A stretch of DNA of 61,496 nt, filler included, from Actinomycetota bacterium (GTDB lineage: Bacteria > Actinomycetota > CADDZG01 > JAHWKV01 > JAOPZY01): NCBI GenBank assembly GCA_025963875.1. It is 8 parts of 8 records of this genome, joined end to end, with 100 filler letters (N's around TTAATTAATTAA, not from the genome) between each part and the next. Parts side by side here need not be neighbours in the genome. Positions count along the whole stretch, not along the records: positions 1 to 14,002 come from JAOPZY010000273.1; 7 more parts are not named here. One strand, 5' to 3'. The translations under genes were made by a program, and so were the position numbers. Below, one piece after another: positions 1-8,276 of the stretch (positions are counted from its first letter, which is position 1; every line of letters begins with the position of its first letter). The notes below the pieces were generated by a model, which made no database searches, was not told where the DNA came from, and saw only the letters and a program-made list of their open reading frames with translations.

Positions 1-139
1 ACGCGACGATCGGGTGACCCGTGCGCTGTTCCGTCCCCACCGCATCCTCCAACCACTCGACCTCACGACCGCGCGCTCGACGATGTCGTCCGAGGTCTCG
101 TAGAGGTTTGGCTCACGATGCTGACCGAGGAGCGAGCGG

Positions 140-901
140 ATGTCTGAACGCCTACGGGGCAAGGCCGCCCTGGTCACGGGGTCCACCAGCAACATCGGGA
201 AAGCAATCGCAATCCGGTTCGCCGCCGAGGGTGCGCGCGTTGTTGTGACAGGACGCGACGCCGCGCGCGGCCGCGCGGTCGTCGGAGCGATTCAGGCAGC
301 CGGCGACGAGGCGAGTTTCCTCCGTCACGAGCTCGACGGATCGGTCGAAGGCTCACGTGAGTTGGCGGAGCTGGCGACGAAGGTCTACGGATCGATCGAC
401 ATCCTCGTCAACAATGCGGGCATCTACCCGCCGGGTGGCACACTGGCAATCGACGGGGAGACCTTCGACCGCATCATGGCGGTGAACGTAAAGGCGCCGT
501 ACTTCCTCACAGCCGCACTCGTCCCTGCAATGGCTGAGGCCGGTCGGGGTGTAGTACTCAATTTGGGTTCTTGGGGGGCACGCCTAGGCATTCCCGCTGG
601 AACGGCGTACGCCTCGTCGAAGGGAGCGATAGAAACGCTCACCCGCGCTTGGGCTGCGGAGTTCGGTTCACAGGGGGTACGCGTCAACGCGATCTCTCCC
701 GGCGTCACTTTCGACAGCGCGAGCCCGGTGGCCGAGATAGCCGGGCCGATGATGGCGACCACGCCGCTCGGGCGTCTCGTGACGCCGGACGCGATCGCGC
801 GAGCCGCTGTGTTCCTAGCCAGCGACGACGCTACCGATGTCCACGGCACCGTCTTGGACGTCGACGGAGGGCGGTCCTCGGTGCTGTTCGCGGCCCGATG
901 A
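140..901 (+). CDS. Short-chain dehydrogenase/reductase (classical SDR)
   Basis: TGSTSNIG nucleotide-binding motif, NNAG, YASSK (YxxxK), VRVNAISPG, C-terminal VDGG; GAGGAG RBS upstream. Confidence 0.93.
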   Translation: MSERLRGKAALVTGSTSNIGKAIAIRFAAEGARVVVTGRDAARGRAVVGAIQAAGDEASFLRHELDGSVEGSRELAELATKVYGSIDILVNNAGIYPPGGTLAIDGETFDRIMAVNVKAPYFLTAALVPAMAEAGRGVVLNLGSWGARLGIPAGTAYASSKGAIETLTRAWAAEFGSQGVRVNAISPGVTFDSASPVAEIAGPMMATTPLGRLVTPDAIARAAVFLASDDATDVHGTVLDVDGGRSSVLFAAR

Positions 902-1029
902 CCAAGCTCACCGCAAAGGCGTGGCCGCTTTGTACTTGTCGCCGTGCCTCGTCACGACCCTCACGGGCTCGCCTCCTCTTACATCGCGAACATGCGATCG
1001 CGTCCCAGCGTATTGCACGGCGTCCGCGC

Positions 1030-1157
1030 CCCCGTGCCGGATCCCGCCGCTGCACCTCTGCAATAAGCTCGCTGAGGGTGAAGGGCGAGCCCACACGTTC
1101 TGCGAGTTGAGTCGCCGCCTCGAGTACGAGGGCCCATGTCGGCCGAGCATCAGCCAT
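1030..1157 (-). pseudogene. Probable N-terminal remnant of a small winged-helix-like protein
   Basis: MADARPTWALVLEAATQLAERVGSPFTLSELIAEVQRRDPARGRG is protein-like, then the frame runs into Arg-rich non-protein-like sequence; family assignment tentative. Confidence 0.35.
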
Positions 1158-1527
1158 AGCCAGGACTCTAGCCCGCAGCTGCCCTCCTCCGAGGCAGACG
1201 AACCATGGGAGCCAGGTCCCAGGGGTCTAAGCCCAATCGAGCGATGAGCCGCCCCAAGGTTCCAGGTGCCTCGGGCAAGGAGCATCCTCGTGACAACCTC
1301 AGCACCTACAAGGGATGTTTGCGGCCGTCTGCCCACGCACGCACGGGACCACGTTTCAGGGGCACTGCAGCGCTCGACGAGGCTGGGGCATGGATTGACC
1401 CCAGGAAGGAGGTGATCGGGGCTCTCCGTCGATTCCGGAAGTCCAAAACTCAGCGCATAATTCCGGGCACAGCGCTTATCGACGACCTGCGGAAACGCAT
1501 AGATGCACAGCGCTTGGCCTTATTTAT

Positions 1528-1565
1528 TTGCAAAGCAGGCGCTCTACCTACTGAGCTACGGCCCC
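1528..1565 (-). tRNA. 5' half only of tRNA-Ala(UGC) (fragment), copy 1
   Basis: Minus strand GGGGCCG-TA-GCTC-AGTAGGTA-GAGC-G-CCTGC-TTTGCAA: acceptor 5' strand with G3, D-arm, anticodon 5' stem, 7-nt loop with TGC; followed by ATAAA (no 3' stem), no T-arm or CCA. Confidence 0.88.
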
Positions 1566-1576
1566 ATGTCTTGATG

Positions 1577-1605
1577 AGTATAAACGTGTCGCACCAAACT
1601 CGCAA
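1577..1605 (-). promoter_or_regulatory. Sigma70-type promoter directed into tRNA-half copy 1
   Basis: Minus strand TTGCGA (1605-1600) - 17 nt - TATACT (1582-1577), 11 nt upstream of tRNA position 1. Confidence 0.7.
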
Positions 1606-1928
1606 GAATACGTACGTCACGCCCATTCTGAGCCCAGAAACCGCACAGCGCTTGTAGAGCGTCTGCTTTTCGTGCCAGGGCCCTGCGTCAGCAGAATGCG
1701 TCAGCGCGCCGAGCGCTTAAATGCGAGGACGGCAAATGCAGGGGATGGCCCCCCAGCGATTGCGGCCGGTCGGCGAAGTCCCTCCCCTGGCATCTGTGAC
1801 TATCAGGCTTTGCTGCGCAGTGTGGTGATTGCCGGGATGGTCGGCGTCAGTGGGCAATCGCTGGCGGGCGCCGGCGTCCTTGAGGAAGTACCCGTCAAGG
1901 AAGTCGCTCGCGGCGGAGCAGCATCGAC

Positions 1929-2022
1929 GGTGGGATGTTCTGGTTGAGACGAAGGAAGTTGGTCGGGTCGTATCGCGTCTTCAGGGCAACGAGGCGTTCG
2001 AACTTGCGCTCGCCGTACGTAG
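1929..2022 (-). pseudogene. C-terminal remnant of an FAD-linked oxidase (BBE domain)
   Basis: Minus-strand translation TYGERKFERLVALKTRYDPTNFLRLNQNIPP is the typical BBE-domain tail; rest of gene absent; not in the ORF track. Confidence 0.7.
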
Positions 2023-2229
2023 GGATATGACGGCAGACCGGCTTCCCCAAGACGTCGTCGGCTGAGCACCAGATCGCGTAAGTTTCCTGAACGGATCTTA
2101 ACGTGACTTTCCTGTTGAGCCGGGCAAGAATTGCCCGGGGGGAAAGTGCGGCGTGGAATCTGAGATGGAGACAAAGCGTAGTCGCCGAGCCCCCAAGTGC
2201 TGGGACACCGCTCGAGTCAAAGGTCAGCT

Positions 2230-3501
2230 ATGAGACGCCTCCGGGTGCGCAAGTCTCTGTGGATCTCGACGGTGGCCATGATTCTCGGCTCCATGCTCAT
2301 CACAGCACCGAGACCAGCGAGTGCGAATTCCAGCTTCAACGTGCAGTTAGCCACGACCCAGGTAACGGTCGATAACGTGAGTGATTACCCCGACGCCCGA
2401 GTTGGCTTCCTCGTGCAGATGGCCGACAGGGGGATGGGGACCACCGATCCCTCGCACAACAACGTGGCGGGCGAGATGCAAAGCGGCGACCGGGTGGTCG
2501 TCACCCACTATGGGATCTACTGGCTCGACATCGTCCGTCGAGGAGGGCTCCTTTCTGGGATGTGGGCCCTGGTACCGAGCATCAGCACCGGCGCAGACTT
2601 CCAATACGTCGCCAACGCCAACCAGTGGTCACCAAATGAGTTCTTGCCGGGGGCGGACGGGAGCAACGCCAGGATCTACGACACGGGCCAAGGGGTCAAC
2701 GTCCTCGGCACCGGAGGGAATGACGGGAGCTGCATTAAGGGCAAGGGCACCTTCATCATCAAGAACTCCTTCAACTGCGGGATCGCCAACAGTCACGCCC
2801 ACGTAAGCTTTTCCAGCTCGGTCGCCGGCTACGAGCATCTCTACACCCTCTCCGGCACCCTCTATCAGGAGGGGACACGCCACAACACCCAGATGACCGA
2901 CAGCTACGGAAACACCGCCAACATTGACTTCACCCTCACATACCGCCTCCGCGATTACACAGACCCCAACTACGACTACGGGGCCTGCTGCGGCCCCGAG
3001 GCCGAGCGCGTCCGGGTGGAGGTGACCCTCAAGCCCTCACGTGCGATTCACCTCGGGACGCTGGTGGTGGCCGGGAACTCCGACCCGGGGACCATCCCCT
3101 ATCCCTACCGGAAGGTCAACTACTCCAACACCCTGCGACACGGCTACGGCTGCAACGGGGGTGATTTCCCGCCCGGCACGACGGCGACGCTCTGCGAGGG
3201 GGCTCCGAACGCCACCAACTGGATCTCGGAGGGTAACTCGCTCCCGCAGACCCTGAGCCAAGGAAACTTCGTCACCGAGCAGCAGTCCTCCGTGACCGGC
3301 AGCGTGACCGATAGGGAAATAACGTACCTGCTTCCCTACTCATCGGCCTACCGGCTCCCGGAGCGGATCGACCACATATGGAACGCCGGTCTGGGCGTGA
3401 GCTCGATGGACGTCGACTACTTCAACAACGAGGAGGCTTTCGTGCCCAACGGCGGCTCGCTCACCCTTGGCTTCGACCTCCAGATGCAACCGCATCCCTG
3501 A
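2230..3501 (+). CDS. Secreted hypothetical protein (~423 aa, beta-rich, several Cys)
   Basis: Signal peptide MRRLRVRKSLWISTVAMILGSMLITAPRPASA; strong GC3 codon bias; no family recognised; ATG 2230 preferred over 2197. Confidence 0.8.
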   Translation: MRRLRVRKSLWISTVAMILGSMLITAPRPASANSSFNVQLATTQVTVDNVSDYPDARVGFLVQMADRGMGTTDPSHNNVAGEMQSGDRVVVTHYGIYWLDIVRRGGLLSGMWALVPSISTGADFQYVANANQWSPNEFLPGADGSNARIYDTGQGVNVLGTGGNDGSCIKGKGTFIIKNSFNCGIANSHAHVSFSSSVAGYEHLYTLSGTLYQEGTRHNTQMTDSYGNTANIDFTLTYRLRDYTDPNYDYGACCGPEAERVRVEVTLKPSRAIHLGTLVVAGNSDPGTIPYPYRKVNYSNTLRHGYGCNGGDFPPGTTATLCEGAPNATNWISEGNSLPQTLSQGNFVTEQQSSVTGSVTDREITYLLPYSSAYRLPERIDHIWNAGLGVSSMDVDYFNNEEAFVPNGGSLTLGFDLQMQPHP

Positions 3502-3767
3502 CCCGCCACCGACCGGCTGGGTTGGTTATTTCCGCAATCAGTGGTGCCCCTCGGAGGAAACCCACAAAGTCATATGGATCGCGCCCTGCGTGAAGGGTCC
3601 GGAGGGCACTCCGCTCGTGCCCCACGTCTACCGTGTCAACCGATAGTCGCCTGATTCACTCGTCCTCGAAGCAGCGCTGGCCCCTAGGCTGTGCGCGATC
3701 ACTGAACCTCGCTCCTCCCGCCCCAGGTTGCGCAGTCGCCGAATATCGAGTAAGTGCCTTCGAGAAT

Positions 3768-4145
3768 TCAGACCCGCTCCACCAGGACCGGAGGATCGGC
3801 CTGGATGGCGAGAGCCTTCAGATCCTTCGGGTCCTGGGTGAGCACGACGCCCCCGCTTCCCTCGGCGAATGCGACGACAATGGCGTCGACGGCCGAGCCG
3901 CGGCCAGCTCCGGTCCGCAGTTGCGCGGCGCGGCGAGCGACGGGCTCATCAACCGCTTCCACATCGCACATCCCAAGAAGCCGCTCCTCAAGGAAGTCCC
4001 TCCGGGGATCGCCACGGAGTGCCTCCGTGAGGACCACCGCTGGGACGACCGGGGGCCACAGGCCGGCGCTTCGCAGTTGGCGGAGCCGCTCTCGGGCGGG
4101 AATGCTGCGCTCGGCCAAGCGGGTCAAACCTCCGGAGTCGAGAAC
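3768..4145 (-). CDS. vapC: PIN-domain (VapC-like) toxin, start codon uncertain or damaged
   Basis: VLDSGG...VVLTEAL...SAVDAIVVA...LTQDPKDL carries the PIN acidic residues; directly downstream of an antitoxin; only canonical start (TTG 4127) lies after the first Asp. Confidence 0.75.
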   Translation of the reverse strand, partial: VLDSGGLTRLAERSIPARERLRQLRSAGLWPPVVPAVVLTEALRGDPRRDFLEERLLGMCDVEAVDEPVARRAAQLRTGAGRGSAVDAIVVAFAEGSGGVVLTQDPKDLKALAIQADPPVLVERV

Positions 4146-4152
4146 CGGTGGG

Positions 4153-4422
4153 TTACGCGCTCCGAGGTTTCCTCCGTTGCGCAGTGTCCGGCCCAGTCAG
4201 CTTGCCCACCCAGGCTTCTGCCTCAGTTATCTGATCGCTGGTCGCCGGGCCGAGCTCGTTATCCAGCTCAGCGAGGTAGGCATCGAGCGCAGCAGCCTTT
4301 CGGTGTCGCTCGACTTCTGCCGCGATGGCACGCTGGGCAAGCTCGGACAACGGAAGATGCAGATCCTTCGCTTCCCGGTGCAAGTCCTCGGGGAGCCAGA
4401 TGTTCACTCTCGGCATACGCAT
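4153..4422 (-). CDS. Type II antitoxin (CcdA-like ribbon-helix-helix)
   Basis: MRMPRVNIWLPEDLHREAKDLHLPLSELAQRAIAAEV RHH pattern, ~89 aa, upstream of PIN gene. Confidence 0.8.
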   Translation of the reverse strand: MRMPRVNIWLPEDLHREAKDLHLPLSELAQRAIAAEVERHRKAAALDAYLAELDNELGPATSDQITEAEAWVGKLTGPDTAQRRKPRSA

Positions 4423-4684
4423 ATCATACGTACGTCCTGGGATGATTTGGCAAGCCGGCGGCAAGCCTGGACCCTCCACCCTCTTGGGGCAGCCTCGTCG
4501 TACCTGGATCGATACAGCCCCCTCAGGCCCCAGGGTCGGGCGAGGAAGGCTTTATGCTCCAGCACCAGCCGATCGGGCCTCTGAGGCGATCCTGGGTCCT
4601 CAGCGAAGAGCGGATAATTCTGGCCTCAGCGCTTATCGGCCACCTGCGGAAACGCACTAACGCACAGCGTTTGGGCTTATCTAC

Positions 4685-4722
4685 TTGCAAAGCAGGCGCT
4701 CTACCAACTGAGCTACGGCCCC
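4685..4722 (-). tRNA. 5' half only of tRNA-Ala(UGC) (fragment), copy 2
   Basis: Minus strand GGGGCCGTAGCTCAGTTGGTAGAGCGCCTGCTTTGCAA then GTAGATAAG...; no T-arm or 3' acceptor strand. Confidence 0.9.
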
Positions 4723-4733
4723 GTGTGTTGATG

Positions 4734-4762
4734 AGTATAAACGTGTCGCACGAAACTCGCAA
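4734..4762 (-). promoter_or_regulatory. Sigma70-type promoter directed into tRNA-half copy 2
   Basis: Minus strand TTGCGA (4762-4757) - 17 nt - TATACT (4739-4734). Confidence 0.7.
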
Positions 4763-5561
4763 GAATACGGACGTCAAGCCCATTCTGAGCCCAGAAACCG
4801 CACAGCGCTTGTAGAGCGCCTGCTTTTTGGCCCTGAGGCCCTGCGTCGGCGGGAGCCGGCAGGACTCGGCGGTGACCGCGATGAAGCACGCCGAAGCGGC
4901 CGGTGCCGACTGGCTCACGCACGCGGCGTTCCAAGGCAAATCCGGCGGTCTGCCGCGCGGCCGGGTCTCTGGGCTTGGAGGCGGTTGCGTCGTCGCACGC
5001 GTTGAAGAGTGCGGCTCACGGGGGGCGCCTTGGCGCGATGGTGTTTGGGTCTCTGATCGCCCTTGCCTCGTGCACGGGCCACTACCCCTAGGGGCGCGGC
5101 ATTCCCGACGGCCCAACCCACGGCGGATGTCACCGCAATAGCCTGTCGGCCGGGCGGACAGCGACAGGTGTTGTATGCGGCTTCGCCGTCGAGACGCTGC
5201 GAGCAAGCTACATTCCGACTGGCCCTCGGCCTGATCCAAGGAAATGAAGACCCCTTCGGTGGCTCGGTAAACGTACATGGACGGCTCCGGAACGTTTGTG
5301 CGCAGCGTCATCGTCACAAGGGGACTTCTCGACCGGTCCGCCGGACGAGTTCTTCGCAACGCATGTCGAAGAGGCTCCTATCTCGATCCAGGGTCACGGC
5401 GGCGTGATCGAGTTCCCTCCGGCCGCCCCGTACTCGGCCACACGCATCGCCTGGAAGCCCCTGCCCCAACATAACGATCAAGGGGAGGCCGGGTTGCGGT
5501 TCCCTCTGTTCGGTAAAGCATCGCCGGGATCAACCGGCTGTGCCTCCGTCGACCAGGCGCG

Positions 5562-6935
5562 ATGATCGGAGCGAGACTGATGGCCGAGGGGCTACCCATG
5601 GTGTCCACCGAGGCGCGGACGGCTGCCGGCAAGCGGCTGCGGCGCGTCGTTCCCCGAGAAGCACACGGTGAGTGGAAACCGGGACCGGAGAGGGCCGACC
5701 CGCTCGCGTTGTTGGACGAACAGAACCTTGCCCGGATCCCGGAGCTGGTGCCGGTCCGTATGGGACGCATGGCCGCCTCGCCCTTTGCGTTCTACCGGGG
5801 TGCCGCCGCTGTCATGGCGGCCGACCTGGCCTCCACCCCGGTGACGGGCATCGAGGTCGCCGCAAGCGGCGACGCCCACCTCTCCAACTTTGGGCTGTTC
5901 GCGTCGCCGGAGCGGCGGCTTCTCTTCGACCTCAACGACTTCGATGAGACACTCGCGGCGCCCTGGGAATGGGACGTCAAACGCCTGGCGGCCAGCGGCA
6001 TGATCGCTGCCCGGCAAAACGGGTTCGACCGAGCGCTCAGCGAGGAGGCAGCCCTGGGAGCGGTTCGAACCTACCGGGAGCGCATGATCAGCTTTGCCCA
6101 GTTGGGGGCGCTCGACGTCTATTACAGCACGGTCGACACTGATTCCCTCGTCCAGGTCATGGCCGCCGTACCGCGTAAACAGATCGATAAGGTGGTCGCG
6201 GCAGCACGACGCAATACCGCGGCCAGGGCGATGGCCAAGCTGACCGTCACCACTGACGGCTCGCCTCGAATCGTGGACCAGCCGCCGCTGGTCGTCCATC
6301 CGCCCAAGTTTCTATCCGACCGGCCTCTCGTCGACGCGGCCGTGGCCGCCTACACGACGTCCGTACGCGAGGACGTCGCCATGCTGCTGTCGCGGTTCCG
6401 GCCTGTCGACGTAGCCCACAAGGTCGTCGGGGTGGGAAGCGTCGGCACCCGCTGCTTCATCGTCCTGCTCCTCGACGACCAAAACGCTCCCCTGTTCCTG
6501 CAAGTCAAGCAAGCCCAACAGTCCGTTCTGGAGCGGTACTGGCGACCAAGCTCGATCAAGCACCCCGGCCAGCGCGTCGTCTCCGGTCAACGCATCATGC
6601 AATCGGCCAGCGACATCTTTCTCGGATCGAGCAGCGCCCACGGACATCACTTCTACGTCCGGCAACTCCTTGACATGAAAGGATCGGCGCCCATCGAGGC
6701 GCTTCCACCGGCTGCGCTTGCCGAGTACCTCGGGTTGTGCGGATGGGCACTCGCCCGAGCACATGCGCAGAGCGGACGGGCAGCCGAGATCGCCGGCTAC
6801 CTCGGCTCCAGTAGCGCCTTCGACGAGGCCATCGTCCGCTTCGCGGCCGCCTACGCCGATCAGAGCGAAATTGACCATCAGAAGCTCCTTGCCGCGATCA
6901 AAGCCGGCCAGATCTCAGCCCAACCGGGCGCCTGA
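5562..6935 (+). CDS. DUF2252 family protein (kinase-like fold)
   Basis: RMAASPFAFYRG, GDAHLSNFG, FDLNDFDE, WEWDVKRLAAS, KVVGVGSVGTR, FYVRQLLDMKGS, CGWALARAHA; start 5562 or 5580. Confidence 0.92.
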   Translation: MIGARLMAEGLPMVSTEARTAAGKRLRRVVPREAHGEWKPGPERADPLALLDEQNLARIPELVPVRMGRMAASPFAFYRGAAAVMAADLASTPVTGIEVAASGDAHLSNFGLFASPERRLLFDLNDFDETLAAPWEWDVKRLAASGMIAARQNGFDRALSEEAALGAVRTYRERMISFAQLGALDVYYSTVDTDSLVQVMAAVPRKQIDKVVAAARRNTAARAMAKLTVTTDGSPRIVDQPPLVVHPPKFLSDRPLVDAAVAAYTTSVREDVAMLLSRFRPVDVAHKVVGVGSVGTRCFIVLLLDDQNAPLFLQVKQAQQSVLERYWRPSSIKHPGQRVVSGQRIMQSASDIFLGSSSAHGHHFYVRQLLDMKGSAPIEALPPAALAEYLGLCGWALARAHAQSGRAAEIAGYLGSSSAFDEAIVRFAAAYADQSEIDHQKLLAAIKAGQISAQPGA

Positions 6936-7246
6936 ACCAAGCCCGCCCACACCCGACCAACGCAAGAACGTTGGACACAACGAGTTGCTCGGCCTCAGCG
7001 TTCCTCGTCCCAAGACTTGGCGAGCAGGCCGCCATTGACGTCGGGCGTGTGGCCAGGGAAGCAACCGTCCGCCTCTTCCCCGACCGCCCGGCACGGGACT
7101 CTAAATCATCGAAGTTCAACGCCTAGCCTAACGAGCATAGCCCCGGCAGCGAGGTCACCTGGCGACGAAGCCTCATCCGGGCCAACCAGGCGCTCACTGC
7201 AGTCGACGAGCTTGACTTACCAGCAGGCTACCGGCTGTCGCTGTCG

Positions 7247-7483
7247 TCACTTCGGCGCTCGATGGAGGTGTCTCGCACCGGTGGCAATACCTGCGAGTCC
7301 GACCAAGAGTGCGATCAGTCCTGCGATCATCCACGCTGCCGACCCGCCCGTCACAGGCTTGCAGTCTGCCGCACACAGAATCGGGCGGATGTGTACCACG
7401 TCTGCTCCCTGCAGGAACCACAAGCCGCCGAGACCTGTCAGGACCACACCGGCAAGCAGAAGCGTGATGTTCCGCCAACTCAT
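7247..7483 (-). CDS. Small membrane protein (2 TM, CxxxC loop)
   Basis: MSWRNITLLLAGVVLTGLGGLWFLQG...ILCAADCKP...WMIAGLIALLVGLAG; GGAGG RBS upstream of ATG 7483. Confidence 0.7.
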   Translation of the reverse strand: MSWRNITLLLAGVVLTGLGGLWFLQGADVVHIRPILCAADCKPVTGGSAAWMIAGLIALLVGLAGIATGARHLHRAPK

Positions 7484-7806
7484 GTGCCGTCCCCCTCCCT
7501 TCGATGCCGTTGTCGCTCGGCCAAGGGGTGCAGCTGTAGGAAGCTCACCAACCCCAGCATCTAGCGAAAGGGGTTCTCGGTTCCAGGGCCACTTGACGGG
7601 CTCCCCAGGTGCCATTCGACCCCTGGTTCCGCTCGACGAACTAAACAACCCGGCGCCTTTGGGGATCATCTGCTGGGGATCATCTGCTGGGCTAGAGGTC
7701 TCCCCCGCCTCAAGGAGCGGTTTGGTGTCCAGCGCGCGGCGGTCAAGCCAGAAAGGCAGTACCTCCTCATTGCTGTTGAACAGCTTGCCTTTACTGACGG
7801 AGGCAC

Positions 7807-8200
7807 ATGGACGACGCGGCAGCAGCAGAGATCGAGGAGATCTTCCAGCGTCGTGCGCTCGACCTGCGGATTCCCGGCGCCACATTAGGAGTCGCCGACC
7901 CCGTCGCGGTCGGGAGTTCGCTCTCGGTGTCCTCAACGTCGAAACGGGCGTGGAGACCACCGTTTGACAGCCTCTTTCAGATCGGCTCCGTCATCAAGCT
8001 CCTCACGGCAACCCTCGAGATGCAACTCGTCGACGACGGCCTGGTCGACCTCGATGCCCCGGCGTCTGAGTACCTGCCGGGCCTGCGGTTCGGCGAAGGC
8101 TGCACCGTCCGCGACCTCCTCACGCACTCCAGCGGGGTCGACGGAGACTTGGTCGAGGATTTCGGCCGGGGCGACGACGCGATCGGGCGCTACGTTGATG
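7807..8200 (+). pseudogene. Truncated serine hydrolase (beta-lactamase class C-like), N-terminal fragment
   Basis: FQIGSVIK (SxxK), LVDDGLVDLDAP, TVRDLLTHSSG; similarity lost after ~8200 where it meets the convergent PucR gene. Confidence 0.7.
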
Positions 8201-8276
8201 CCAGGGCTTGCCGATCCGAACCCCAGGGCTCGGCCTGCCGTCGGTCAGTGCGTGTCGTCCGGATGGACGCGCGAGT

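Larger units (their letters stand above)
1449..1692 (-). repeat. tRNA-Ala-half / att-like repeat unit, copy 1
   Basis: Alignable with 4569-4850 and 13187-13432; contains CCTGCGGAAACGCA, three exact GCACAGCGCTT 11-mers (1467, 1505, 1643), a tRNA 5' half and a promoter. Confidence 0.9.
4569..4850 (-). repeat. tRNA-Ala-half / att-like repeat unit, copy 2
   Basis: Left part (4569-4691) nearly identical to 13187-13309; right part (4723-4850) nearly identical to 1566-1692. Confidence 0.92.

Noticed and set aside
1205..1657. ORFs crossing the repeats (also 4523-5359, 4554-4814, 13303-13839) sharing CKAGALPTELRP
   Set aside because: The shared peptide is just the antisense translation of the tRNA half; no coding signature
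7660..7691. 14-bp tandem duplication TGGGGATCATCTGC
   Set aside because: Isolated slippage-type duplication in a decayed spacer with no evidence of function
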